Source: Octopus bimaculoides
Lineage: Eukaryota
DNA: 44,193 nucleotides
Direction of reading: 5' to 3'
Assembly (NCBI RefSeq): GCF_001194135.2
Contig: NC_068982.1
Location: forward strand, 106,841,364 to 106,885,556
The notes below the pieces were generated by a model. That model made no database searches. It was not told the DNA's origin and saw nothing but the letters and a program-made list of their open reading frames with translations. This document shows, one piece after another, positions 34,689 to 44,193 of this stretch (within the stretch, counting starts at the first letter, position 1; the number at the start of each line of letters is the position of its first letter). A program made the translations under genes and the position numbers.

Positions 34689-35874
34689 ACACATTTCAAT
34701 GCTTATAAAAACAAATGTTTGTTTATATTTATACATTACAGCAAATAGTTTATTGTAGAAAAATTTTTTTTTAAAAGGCTCAAATATTTGTTTATTTAGA
34801 TTTTGTTTATTTTAGTAAAGAATGTATTGCTATTGCATACACATACATACTGGTGAGTTAGAAGTGATTACTTCAGAATGAAGAAAACCTATATGGTTAA
34901 GAGTTAATCAGAGGCAGTAGTGAACTAGCCAACATGATTCAGATTTATCAGAAAATGTGCCAGTGCTAAAGATTCAAAGATTAGATTTAGATTTGAATAG
35001 CTAATGAATACAAACAATGTAAGATATAATTAAATGAAGAGTTAATGAGAGCCAGGAAACTGATACACTACAATGACCTAAAGAAAATAACCACTGTTAG
35101 AATGACAACTGTAGATTAAGAATACAATGTTTTCAGAGTAAAGCATTTTGGACTGCATGAATATACATGTAAAGATATGTCAAAATGTTTTGAATATTAC
35201 AATATTGCATGCTCACAAATAGATGTCATGTTTAAATCTCTGTAAATTTTCTTAGCAAAAATTAGATGAAAATAAAAATGGAAAGCCTAGAAGTAATGTA
35301 GAAGTGTATTAACAATATTTTTTTTCTAAATATATACCCTTAGTATATATTTCGATGCATCTGAGGAGGTATGTCACATCATCATCATCATCATTTAAGA
35401 TCTGTTTTCTATGCTGGCATGGAGTGGATGGTTTGACAAGAGTTGTTGAAAGGTTTTGCAAGTTGGTGACCTCGTTGGTGCCAGTGCCAAATAAAAAACA
35501 CCCAATACATTCTGTAAAGTGGTTGGCATTTGGAAGGGCATTCAACCATAGAAATCATGCCAAAGCAGAACTTGCCTAACAGATTCTGATAGTATTTCAC
35601 AATGCTTCAACAATCTTGCAGTACTTAACTCCCTTGTGTGGGGTACTACAAGACCGTTGGAAGCCTCAAATTAGTACAGTTTGTTCTAATCTTACTATTT
35701 AAAGATACCTAAATTTTAAGATTAGACCACATTATGTCTTAATTTATAGTCAGTTGTGAAATACATCTTTCCATGAGGCACTTACTTTCAAAGAAAGGCA
35801 GATACATACAATGAATCAGATATGAACAAAAGCACACTGATTATCTATCTATCTATCATTATCACGACATTAAA

Positions 35875-36035
35875 AAAAATTTTTTCTCCTTGTTTTTCTC
35901 CTTATTTCTTTCTGTTGAAGAGCGTAGCTCGAAACGTTAAAGACTTTCTCTATTCGCAAGCGTTAAACTAATACATCCTTTTGTTGTTTACACCACCTGT
36001 CCTCGTCTGTTGTTGTTTTTTTCATAAATTCTCCC
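35875..36035 (+). mobile_element. Penelope-like terminal repeat remnant with a hammerhead-like core
   Basis: tctttctgttgaagagcgtagctcgaaacgttaaaga resembles the CTGANGA..GAAACGT motif of Penelope-like termini. It abuts a (TA)n(GA)n array. Confidence 0.5.
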
Positions 36036-36193
<158 letters not shown>

Positions 36194-36479
36194 AGCATTG
36201 TAGTTCGCTTGAAGCATTGTGTATTGTTTGTAAAGAATAAAATAAAAAGTTTTGAATGGTACAACAATGCACTATAATACAAACAATGGACTATTTACCT
36301 GTTGTAATTTAGTCATCCATAGTCTGATATGAAATTTTGGAATCAAATTCCTTCTTTGCTTTGTATTTTTTAGCTTCCTTTGAGACACAAACATTTTCTT
36401 TTTGTTTTGTTCATGTTTTGTAGCCATTTGTATCAATTTTTCTTGATTCTGAATTAGATAGTTTTTTAATTGGCATTCC

Positions 36480-36750
36480 GTCAGTTATGATGATCAGTGT
36501 TCCAGTTGATTCATTAAACAAGACCATTTTGTGAAATTAATTTTCATGTTCTAAAGGAGATTCAGCATGACCCAGAATGTGACAAGGCTAGCCTTAGTAC
36601 ACAGGTATTACTCATTTTTGTCAGCTGAGTGAACTGGAGCAACATGAAATAAAGTGCCTTGCTCAAGGACAAAACATGCCACAAGGTATTGAACTCACGA
36701 CCTTATGATCGTGGGCCAAATACCATAACCACTAAACCACATGTCTTCAC
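36480..36750 (-). mobile_element. tRNA-headed SINE, antisense copy of the 25031 family
   Basis: actggagcaacatgaaataaagtgccttgctcaagga...ttgaactcacgacc..accactaaaccac. Confidence 0.7.
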
Positions 36751-36888
36751 ATAGATATTTTTCTATAGTAGTTTTGTATTTTTGTGTAAGGCATCTACTG
36801 CTAAAAATTTGAGGTATATATAATCTTTCTATGTCAGATTTTGGATGGTGTAGTCTAAATATTTTCCTTGTTTTCCTGTCAAAGCTTA

Positions 36889-36995
36889 CTAGTTTATTTA
36901 GTGACTAGTTAAAATTATAACTGTAACCCATATCTGGGACAGCTAGAGTATTGATACTAACTTCAGTTATTTTTGCATTAGTGTTTTTTTTGCTG

Positions 36996-37042
<47 letters not shown>

Positions 37043-37271
37043 TTTCTTTTTTTTGCTGGGTACTTTTATTGTGTATCACCAGTTTAACTACTGACACTGA
37101 ACTGTCTAGTCTTGCTAGTTTATTTAGCAGCTAGTTAAAATTATAACTGTAACATATATCTGGGACAGCTAGAGTATTGATACGTATTGCTGTTATTTTT
37201 GCATTAGTGCAGTCTTTTTTCTTTGTTACTGGGTGTTTTTTTGTGTCACCAGTATAACTATGAACACTGAA
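36889..37271. repeat. Tandem duplication (36889-37101 / 37115-37271) with a 40-nt poly(T) in copy 1
   Basis: Both contain ctagtttatttag..ctagttaaaattataactgtaac..atatctgggacagctagagtattgatac...ttatttttgcattagtg...caccagt.taacta...acactgaa. Confidence 0.9.
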
Positions 37272-38212
37272 AGAAATGACTTTGTTAGATATGGGTTTAA
37301 AGTATAAGAAGAAGCCAGAACAGAATAGACTCTTTGCAGTAGAGAAGCTACATAGCTACTCACATCTTAGAAGAGAGGGTGTGGGGTGATTGAGCAGAGT
37401 TGGGCAAAGGCGAAAACAATGGGGGCTGGGTGCATTGTCAAGGTAACAGGTGAGTAAAAGTGAGTGGGATCAGAGAAACTGGGATTGTGGGTGGGTAGAT
37501 ATTGCAAGAATATATGTGAGAAAGAGAGATGGGGAATAGGTGAGGGAAGGGGGCAAAAAATAAAGAATGAAAAGCAGGTTTTGACAGGTGGATGTAGTGA
37601 ATGGTGGGCAGGAAGGGAGGAGTCTAATAATGTGTGTGAGTGAAAAGCAGCAAAATAGTAATATTGATAAAGTAGACAAGGCAAGGATCAGAGTGACCAG
37701 AGAGATGGCATGTTGTTGGGTAGGTGGTTAGAGTGTGGAGGCATAGTGCATGAGGAAGGTGAGAGATGTATGATGTGAAGAAAGGGAGATAATTTGGTGG
37801 CTTAGTGGGGTGATCAATGTGAAATGTGGGTGGAGAGGACAGTAGATGGATGAAAGAAGTGAAATGATTTTGAAGATTGAGAAAGATTAGTGGTAGCAAG
37901 GCAAAGCTACAGTTAGAGAGATGATGAGTGGTAGAGGTGTCGAGATCTCTCTCTCTGTCTCTCTTTCTCTGTTAAAAATAAAAGTTCTATGGGACTGTGA
38001 CATAGTGGATAAGAATACTAAACCTTGTCTTCAAAAAACAGTTCTGAATTTAGAGATAAAGAAATGTAAAACATTCTTCAATAAATAAGATTTCTAGATT
38101 ATGAAACAGATTATTCAATATTTTGTTCTTTATGCTTTTTAAACTAGTATTATATCTTCCTACATTGGTCCAGATGTGTAGTATGAAAGATGAAAAAATG
38201 AGGGCAATGAGA

Positions 38213-38350
<138 letters not shown>

Positions 38351-38834
38351 GTGATAGGAAGATCTCAAAGAATTTGTAGTTGAATTGGCTGCTTATAGTT
38401 CTGGCTGGAATCAGTGAATTATACAAGATTTAAAATGAATACACAAAAGTGAAGTTTTGTTTTGTTATGCTTTATATTGAAATGAGACCTCTGCTATTTT
38501 GATAGGAAATAAAAATTGATAAACAAACCGATATCAAGTTTAAATAAAAATCCTACTTACTACACATTGCAAAAATACTTGCTTTTATTTTTCAAGAGCA
38601 TTTTTATTGTTGATTGACAGATATATAACAAATGATGATGATTTTAAAGATAACATTTTTACATGAGTGACTAATGAGATGGTGAAATATGCAAGTAACA
38701 GTCACAGAGATAGACACATACATAAAAAAAAAAGATAAACAGCAAAAGAGAGAGAGAGAGAGATTCAGACAGATAGAGGTGTATAAGTGTGTGTTAGCTA
38801 TGCTATTACACCAGCACACCAAATATTGCAGAAA

Positions 38835-38998
38835 ATGCGGAGTGGTTGGCGTTAGGAAGGGCATCCAGCTGTAGAAACTCTGCCAGATCAGATTGGAGCC
38901 TGGTGCAGCCGTCTGGTTCGCCAGTCCTCAGTCAAATCGTCCAACCCATGCTAGCATGGAAAGCAAATGTTAAACGATGATGATGATGATGATGATGA
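38835..38998 (+). mobile_element. SINE 3' part with (ATG)n tail, young copy
   Basis: Near-identical to 6650-6805. Confidence 0.85.
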
Positions 38999-39239
38999 GG
39001 TTAACTGACACTGAAATTCTGAACTGCCCTAGTAGTGATTGTGCACTGAATCATCTAAGTAATCTTAACACATCACCTAGATTAAATAACCAGCATTATA
39101 ATCCTTCAGACTATAAAGAAGTTTAAGATTGACTGCTCATGAGAATTCCAAGATTTAGAGAAGAAATTCCAAAGAAGCAAAACCTAAAATTAAGAGACCT
39201 CAAAATAAAAAAAGACTAAAGCATTTGCTCCATTTCCCT

Positions 39240-39800
39240 CATGTTCTCACCATTCTCCTCTACATTGTTCCAAACATCTGCATGGGTTCACCGATTGTCT
39301 GTGAACCTTGTGATATGACCAACCCATCATAGCTTTGCCTGGTGGTATTCTGTGATGATATCCTTCACTCCAGTTCTATCCCTGACCTCCTCATTCCAGA
39401 TGTGATCTCTTAGTGAGATTCCCAACACTGACCTGTCCATGGCTCTCTGCACCGTAAGCAGATGTTGTTCTCTCCTCATCAAGGCTCACGTCTCACATGT
39501 GTATAACATTGCATGACCATCTCAAGACATGCTGTGAAAAGCTCAACACCCTTCTCCACCAGAACATTTACTGGTGAGGATAACAGGGCTACATTTGTTG
39601 TGCACCTGGTATTTGCCACGTGAAGGAGGGTGACATACTGCATTATCACATCTTGTTTCCTGAGAGCTTGTAGTACAATGTTGATTTCGATGCTGTCGAA
39701 GGCTTTCCAGAAGCTATCAAGGAAGGACAAATTATATGATGCTTATATTACAAACTGTGATGCAACATGGTGGCAAGATATAGGTCTTGAATGAAGAGGA
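39240..39800 (-). mobile_element. RTE-1-like LINE remnant, internally deleted
   Basis: FWKAFDSIEINIVLQAL..EKGV..LFTACLEMVM is joined directly to the post-RT VQRAMDRSVLGISLRDHIWNEEVRDRTGVKDI..KL*WVGH. Confidence 0.8.
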
Positions 39801-40339
39801 TTTATGAAGTCTAGAAAGAAATAAAGTGAGCATGTTCTGCAGGATATGTAATGTTATATACAGAAATGAGCTGTGGGAAATTAAAAATTGAATATAAACA
39901 GGAGTGGATGTAGAGTGGAAGAGATAAGAAAGCAATGATATGGGCATACATATGAAAGATGACATCTATATAAAGACGTGCAGGGCAGTCAAAGTGGATG
40001 GCTCTTGTAATTAGTGACACACAATGTTGAAGACCACTGCCACAAAGCATTGGTAACACACAGTATTATAAAAGACCCACCTACCTGTACCAGTATAACA
40101 TGGCACACAGAAAAAGGGTGGTGGTTATAGGTGTAGTAAAGTATATATCTACATTTGGAACTATTGCCCAATATATCCCTGCTATGCTCTTTTAGTAGTG
40201 ATTCAAAACCTAATCGCTTGATAATCAGTCAGATACCATGAGCAAACCACCATTATTTCACCTGATCAAAGAAACAGCCTTAGTACACTACAAGGCACGA
40301 TCAAAGAAACAGCCTCAGTATGCTACAAAGTAGGACTCT

Positions 40340-40760
40340 TCTTCCAAAATGATGGCTTCTTCACAGGAAACCCAATGGAGATAAATGAAATACTGAACGA
40401 ACAGTTCAAAAGTGTTTTTTTTAATACCCCTCTGGGACACAGGCAAGTGAACAAACCAGTGGAGTTCTTTGCTACTTCACCTGTAACCAAGGTGATAATA
40501 ATTGATTACATCAACATTAAAGAACAAGATGTAATATTGGCTATAGATGAGGTAGACACAAATTCAGCTGCTGGCTCTGATAGATTCTCAGTAATCTTCA
40601 AATCATGAACATGAGCCCTTGCAAAACCACCGCAGCTTCTTTTTCAGAGCTTCCTTGCAAGTGGTAAGCTTCTATGCAAATTGAAGTAGGGAACAGTATG
40701 CCTTATCCACAAGGGAGGAAGCAAAGTAGACGCTAAAAATTATAGGCACCTCTTGCATAA
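40340..40760 (+). mobile_element. CR1/L2-group LINE fragment (upstream edge of RT)
   Basis: EINEILNEQFKSVF...EQDVILAIDEVDTNSAAGSDRF...LAKPPQLLFQSFLASG..CLIHKGGSKVDAKNYR. Confidence 0.75.
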
Positions 40761-40774
40761 TCCTTGAAACAAAG

Positions 40775-41030
40775 AGGTAATCTTCATGCTTTTGTGCCAG
40801 TGGCTAATTCTCCATACAAGAATTCTTTGGGGATCCTCCAGTCCAGCATATGATGTGTGTGACAGAGTCAGCACAGACAGAACTGTTGGAGCAGAGTGAA
40901 TATGTTGGGTATCTTGGCATGGTTGAGGACCTCAGTGTTGATAATTCAGTCAGTTCACTTGATATCCAAGATGCAACTCCTGTCTAGAATAGAGGCTTCA
41001 TGTCTCACTGCTGTAAAGTAGTGTACTGAA
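40775..41030 (-). mobile_element. RTE (BovB-like) LINE C-terminal remnant
   Basis: ILDIK*TD*IINTEVLNHAKIPNIFTLLQQ...WRIPKEFLYGELATG. Confidence 0.75.
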
Positions 41031-41292
41031 GTTACACGCCTTATAGAAAACAATCTTGGGGTTCTTTATGGTCAGTTACAAGCCTTTGAGGATATTAAGG
41101 ACAAGTTACCAAGAATTATACATTTGGCTCACCCTGTTTCAAATGCACCCTTATCATTAATGATTGATGCATCAGATGTAGGAATTGACAGAGTTTTGCC
41201 ACAGTTTGTCCTAAATGCTTGGCAACCACTTTCTTTCTTTTCCAAATGCCTCAAATCAGTAGAGTCAAGGTACAGCACTTTCAATAGAGACT

Positions 41293-42178
41293 CTTCCTTC
41301 TTTCAGTGATGTCTTCTATAAAGATCTCCATCATCTGCATCGATTTCATCAATTTCACCTTCTTTTACCTCAGTTGTGGATTTTTCTGTGTTTGTACAGA
41401 TCGTCTATCAGGAGATTCAAAAACAGTTTCAACCTCAACAAACTGAGGTGTCTGTGGTGTCCTTGGAGATTTGTCTTGCATAGCAGCATTTTTTGCAGCC
41501 AAAAACTCATCCTCATCAATTTGATCAATGTTATGAATATCATCTTGTTTGTCATCAAGCCGCCGCCTGTGAACTCTAATAGGAGTGAGAACTGCTCCAT
41601 CATCTCCACAGATAATTCTTGACAAAGATTCNNNNNNNNNNNNNNNNNNNNNNNNNNNNNNNNNNNNNNNNNNNNNNNNNNNNNNNNNNNNNNNNNNNNN
41701 NNNNNNNNNNNNNNNNNNNNNNNNNNNNNNNNNNNNNNNNNNTACCCTTCCATGTCCTCTACTTCCATTTCATGTCTCGCATGGATTCATTACTACTTTT
41801 AATATGAGAATACAACATGGTTTTACTTCTAGAAGTGATAACAGTTCCTATATATTCATCACTTTCGTCATCATCCTTGTCGTTTTCCTCAACTTCTTCA
41901 ATCTCCACCTCCTCTTCATCTTTGTCAACATCTTCATCTTCACTATCATCATAAATTGTACTTGTACCTACAGCAACAGCAGTATCTTCGAAATACCTTG
42001 CTTTCTTTTTTGGAAGATCAATTCTTGATAATTCACTAACTGCTTCACTTTCTTCTGAAAGCACCTCATCATCTTCAGATTCAGTCTTATGCTTCCTGAC
42101 ATGCTTAATTCCAGAAGTGCTAGCAACTGGCTCACCATCTTTCTCACTCATTTTCCTTCGATTGGTGGCCTGAAGATT
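41293..42178 (-). pseudogene. Unidentified acidic (D/E-rich) coding cassette inserted antisense within the Gypsy RNase H
   Basis: About 250 codons of intronless coding-like sequence in three frames (RKMSEKDGEPVASTSG..DSEDEDVDKDEEEV.. / MEVEDMEG-gap-SRIICGDDGAVLTPIRVHRRRLDD..SPRTPQTP / EKSTTEVKEGEIDEIDADD). At least 2 frameshifts. Confidence 0.6.
41632..41742. other. Assembly gap (111 N)
   Basis: Run of n. Confidence 1.
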
Positions 42179-43183
42179 TCTCTGCTTATTTAGCTGTAAA
42201 ACATTTGTTTTTTTTTCTTGAGGAACAACAGTTCATAGTTTTCACCAATCATAAACCATTGACTTTTGCTCTACAGTCGAAAACTGATAAATATTCACCC
42301 ATAAACCTATGACATTTGGATTTCATTTCACAATACATTGTTGATATTTATTACATCAAGGGCAGAGATAATTCTGCAGCTACCTTATCTCGTGTGCACA
42401 TTAGCATGACATGCATCAAATTATGTTGGATCAACAATGACATGACAAATTTTTGCCTCTTTAATTGTTGGACTCACCTTCTTTAGACTTCTGTCTACTA
42501 CAACTACATTTTACAGATTCTTCTGTTTGGTGTGATGTTTCTATCAGTTTTTTCCAGACCATATGTTTCAAAGATTCATAGGCGAACGTTTTTTTTTTTT
42601 TTTTGTTCTTTATAATTTACCACATCCCAGTATTTCAGCAACAATGAAATTAATTTCAAGTCACTTCATGTGTCCCTGTATGCAAAAAGACATTTGTAAT
42701 TGGGCATTTACTTGAATATTGTGCCAGAAAACTAAAATTCAATGCCACATCAAGAAACCTTTGGGCACTTTTGTTACTCCAGACAAGTGCTTTAAACATA
42801 TCCAATTAGATATTGTGAACTCCTTGCCACTAGTTCAAGATAATATGTATTCGTTGAGCTAGTATAGATCATTTTTCTAGATGGCCTGAAGCCATAGCCA
42901 ACAAAGACATTTCATCTCTCACAATTGCAAAGACTCTTATAGTTGGGTGGATTTCATGTTTTGGAGCTCCTCTCACCATAATTGCTGATAGAGGTTGACA
43001 ATTTGAATCAAATTTCTTTGCTGAACTTTCAAACTTCCTGGGTACTTGATTGATCAGTACCACTGCTTACCATCCCATGTTTAACAGGATGATAGAGCAT
43101 TTTCATTGTCAATTGAAAGCAGCTCTATGCACTTATCAGAGGTTTGATTAAAAGTATTACCAATTGTTTTTTTTGTTTTTTTA

Positions 43184-44193
43184 GACGCTTGGCAAACACT
43201 CTGTTTCTCCCCTTGTCACAAACACACTATTTCTTTCTTTCTCTCTTTTTTCTTTCTCTCTCTCTCTCTTTCTTTCTCTCTCTCTTTTTCTCTCTCTCTT
43301 GCTCTCTCTCTCTCTCTCTCCTTCACGCGCGTACGCACAGATTTGACTTCGCCATGTCAACAAACTTCAAAATTGATAAAAGTTTATCGATTTTTACAGC
43401 TAAGAGGCGTGGATGTAGATATGGGTGTTGTAACTGGGGTGCGGTTGCTCAGAAAGTGAATCGATAAAAGCCTGCTTCACATGACCTATGGTAACAATCT
43501 GTTTCCCTTGAACATCTAGTAGCATAAACTTGGGTTTTACTTTTAACACCCAATACAGGCTGGTATAAGACTGCTGTAGTAGCTGCTTGACTGTGCATCA
43601 TTACATATGAAAACATGAGTCTATTTACGAATATTTGGTGGAACAAAAGACTTGATTGATTGTGATCTGGTTACCAATGGGGGTAATTTCATCATGTATT
43701 TTTCCAATTGAGGAACATAATCTGCTGAATCGAAATTTTGGTTAGCTGTAGTTGTATTTGTGACCATCTAACCAGGTAATATAGGAGGGGTGCCATAAAG
43801 TAATTTCATGTGGTGAAAGACCAAGTTTATGCTACTAGATGTTCAAGGGAAACAGATTGTTACCATAGGTCATGTGAAGCAGGCTTTTATCGATTCACTT
43901 TCTGAACAACCGCACCCCACTTACAACACCCATATCTACATCCACGCCTCTTAGCTGTAAAAATCGATAAACTTTTATCAATTTTGAAGTTTGTTGACAT
44001 GGCGAAGTCAAATCTGTGCGTACGCGCGTGAAGGAGAGAGAGAGAGAGAGCAAGAGAGAGAGAAAGAAAGAAAGAGAGAGAGAAAGAAAGAAAGAAAGAG
44101 AGGGAGAAAGAAAGAAAGAGAAAGAAAGAAAGAGAGAAAGAAAGAAATAGTGTGTTTGTGACAAGGGGAGAAACAGAGTGTTTGCCAAGCGTC
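43184..44193. repeat. Long inverted repeat: arms 43184-43533 and 43821-44193 around an inverted Gypsy integrase segment
   Basis: The arms are reverse complements apart from microsatellite length and at least 2 substitutions. The spacer on the minus strand reads LLYGTPPILPG*MV..DYVPQLEKYM..FVPP..THVFICNDA. The inner arm ends encode PKFMLLDVQGKQIVTIGHVKQAFID (integrase C-terminus). Confidence 0.93.

Larger units (their letters stand above)
41075..43183 (+). mobile_element. Ty3/Gypsy pol remnant (RNase H + integrase), interrupted at about 41293-42178
   Basis: AFEDIKDKL..LAHPVSNAPLSLMIDASDVG..WQPLSFFSK..ESRYSTFNR | insert | AYLAVKH..LEEQQFIVFTNHKPLTFAL..HLDFISQY..IKGRDN. Integrase: HPSISATMKLI..PDKCFKHIQLDIV..SRWPEAI..WISCFGAP..DRG*QFES..TTAYHP..QLKAAL..VLPIV. 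Many stops. Confidence 0.92.

Noticed and set aside
35540-35660. Minus-strand frame HCEILSESVRQ, faintly like hexosaminidase exon 1 (C..L.EAF.RY)
   Set aside because: No signal peptide or WP.P motif upstream, no suitable donor, and it runs into a SINE.
37370-37930. Purine-rich tract with several short ORFs (similar tract at 4040-4270)
   Set aside because: Low-complexity GA-rich sequence, possibly a retroelement UTR like 2700-3260. No recognisable protein, so it is not called.
42190-42200. Apparent splice acceptor (ttttacag) in frame with the acidic ORF
   Set aside because: It is the antisense of Gypsy RNase H codons (YLAVKH), so it is probably coincidental rather than evidence of a host exon.
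43184-44193. Interpretation as a simple MITE with 350-bp TIRs
   Set aside because: The spacer and inner arms are contiguous Gypsy integrase sequence, which points to inverted duplication instead.

Overview
AT-rich, repeat-dense eukaryotic genomic DNA. The SINE, RTE and mariner repertoire looks like an octopod cephalopod, which is an inference and not a database result. The one well-supported host gene is a lysosomal beta-N-acetylhexosaminidase (GH20, HEXA/HEXB family) on the minus strand. I reconstructed 11 coding exons from 32072 down to the stop at 5824 (1226 nt, about 407 aa). All have GT-AG junctions, compatible phases and an intact HxGGDE catalytic motif. The 5' exons (signal peptide and N-terminal domain) were not found in the window. 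Introns and flanks are filled with decayed transposons: tRNA-headed SINEs, RTE/CR1/R4-type LINE fragments, a Penelope fragment, three mariner remnants, a Helitron with both termini, and a Ty3/Gypsy pol remnant. The Gypsy is split by an unidentified acidic coding cassette and ends in an inverted duplication. There are two N-gaps (27645-28580, 41632-41742), and no rRNA, genuine tRNA or CRISPR. I found no convincing novel multi-gene system. The best leads are the cassette inside the Gypsy, the inverted duplication, a repeat family with a structurally conserved terminal hairpin, a hammerhead-like core, and a natural Ser at the position of human HEXA G269S. TE boundaries are approximate (tens of bp) unless termini are quoted.
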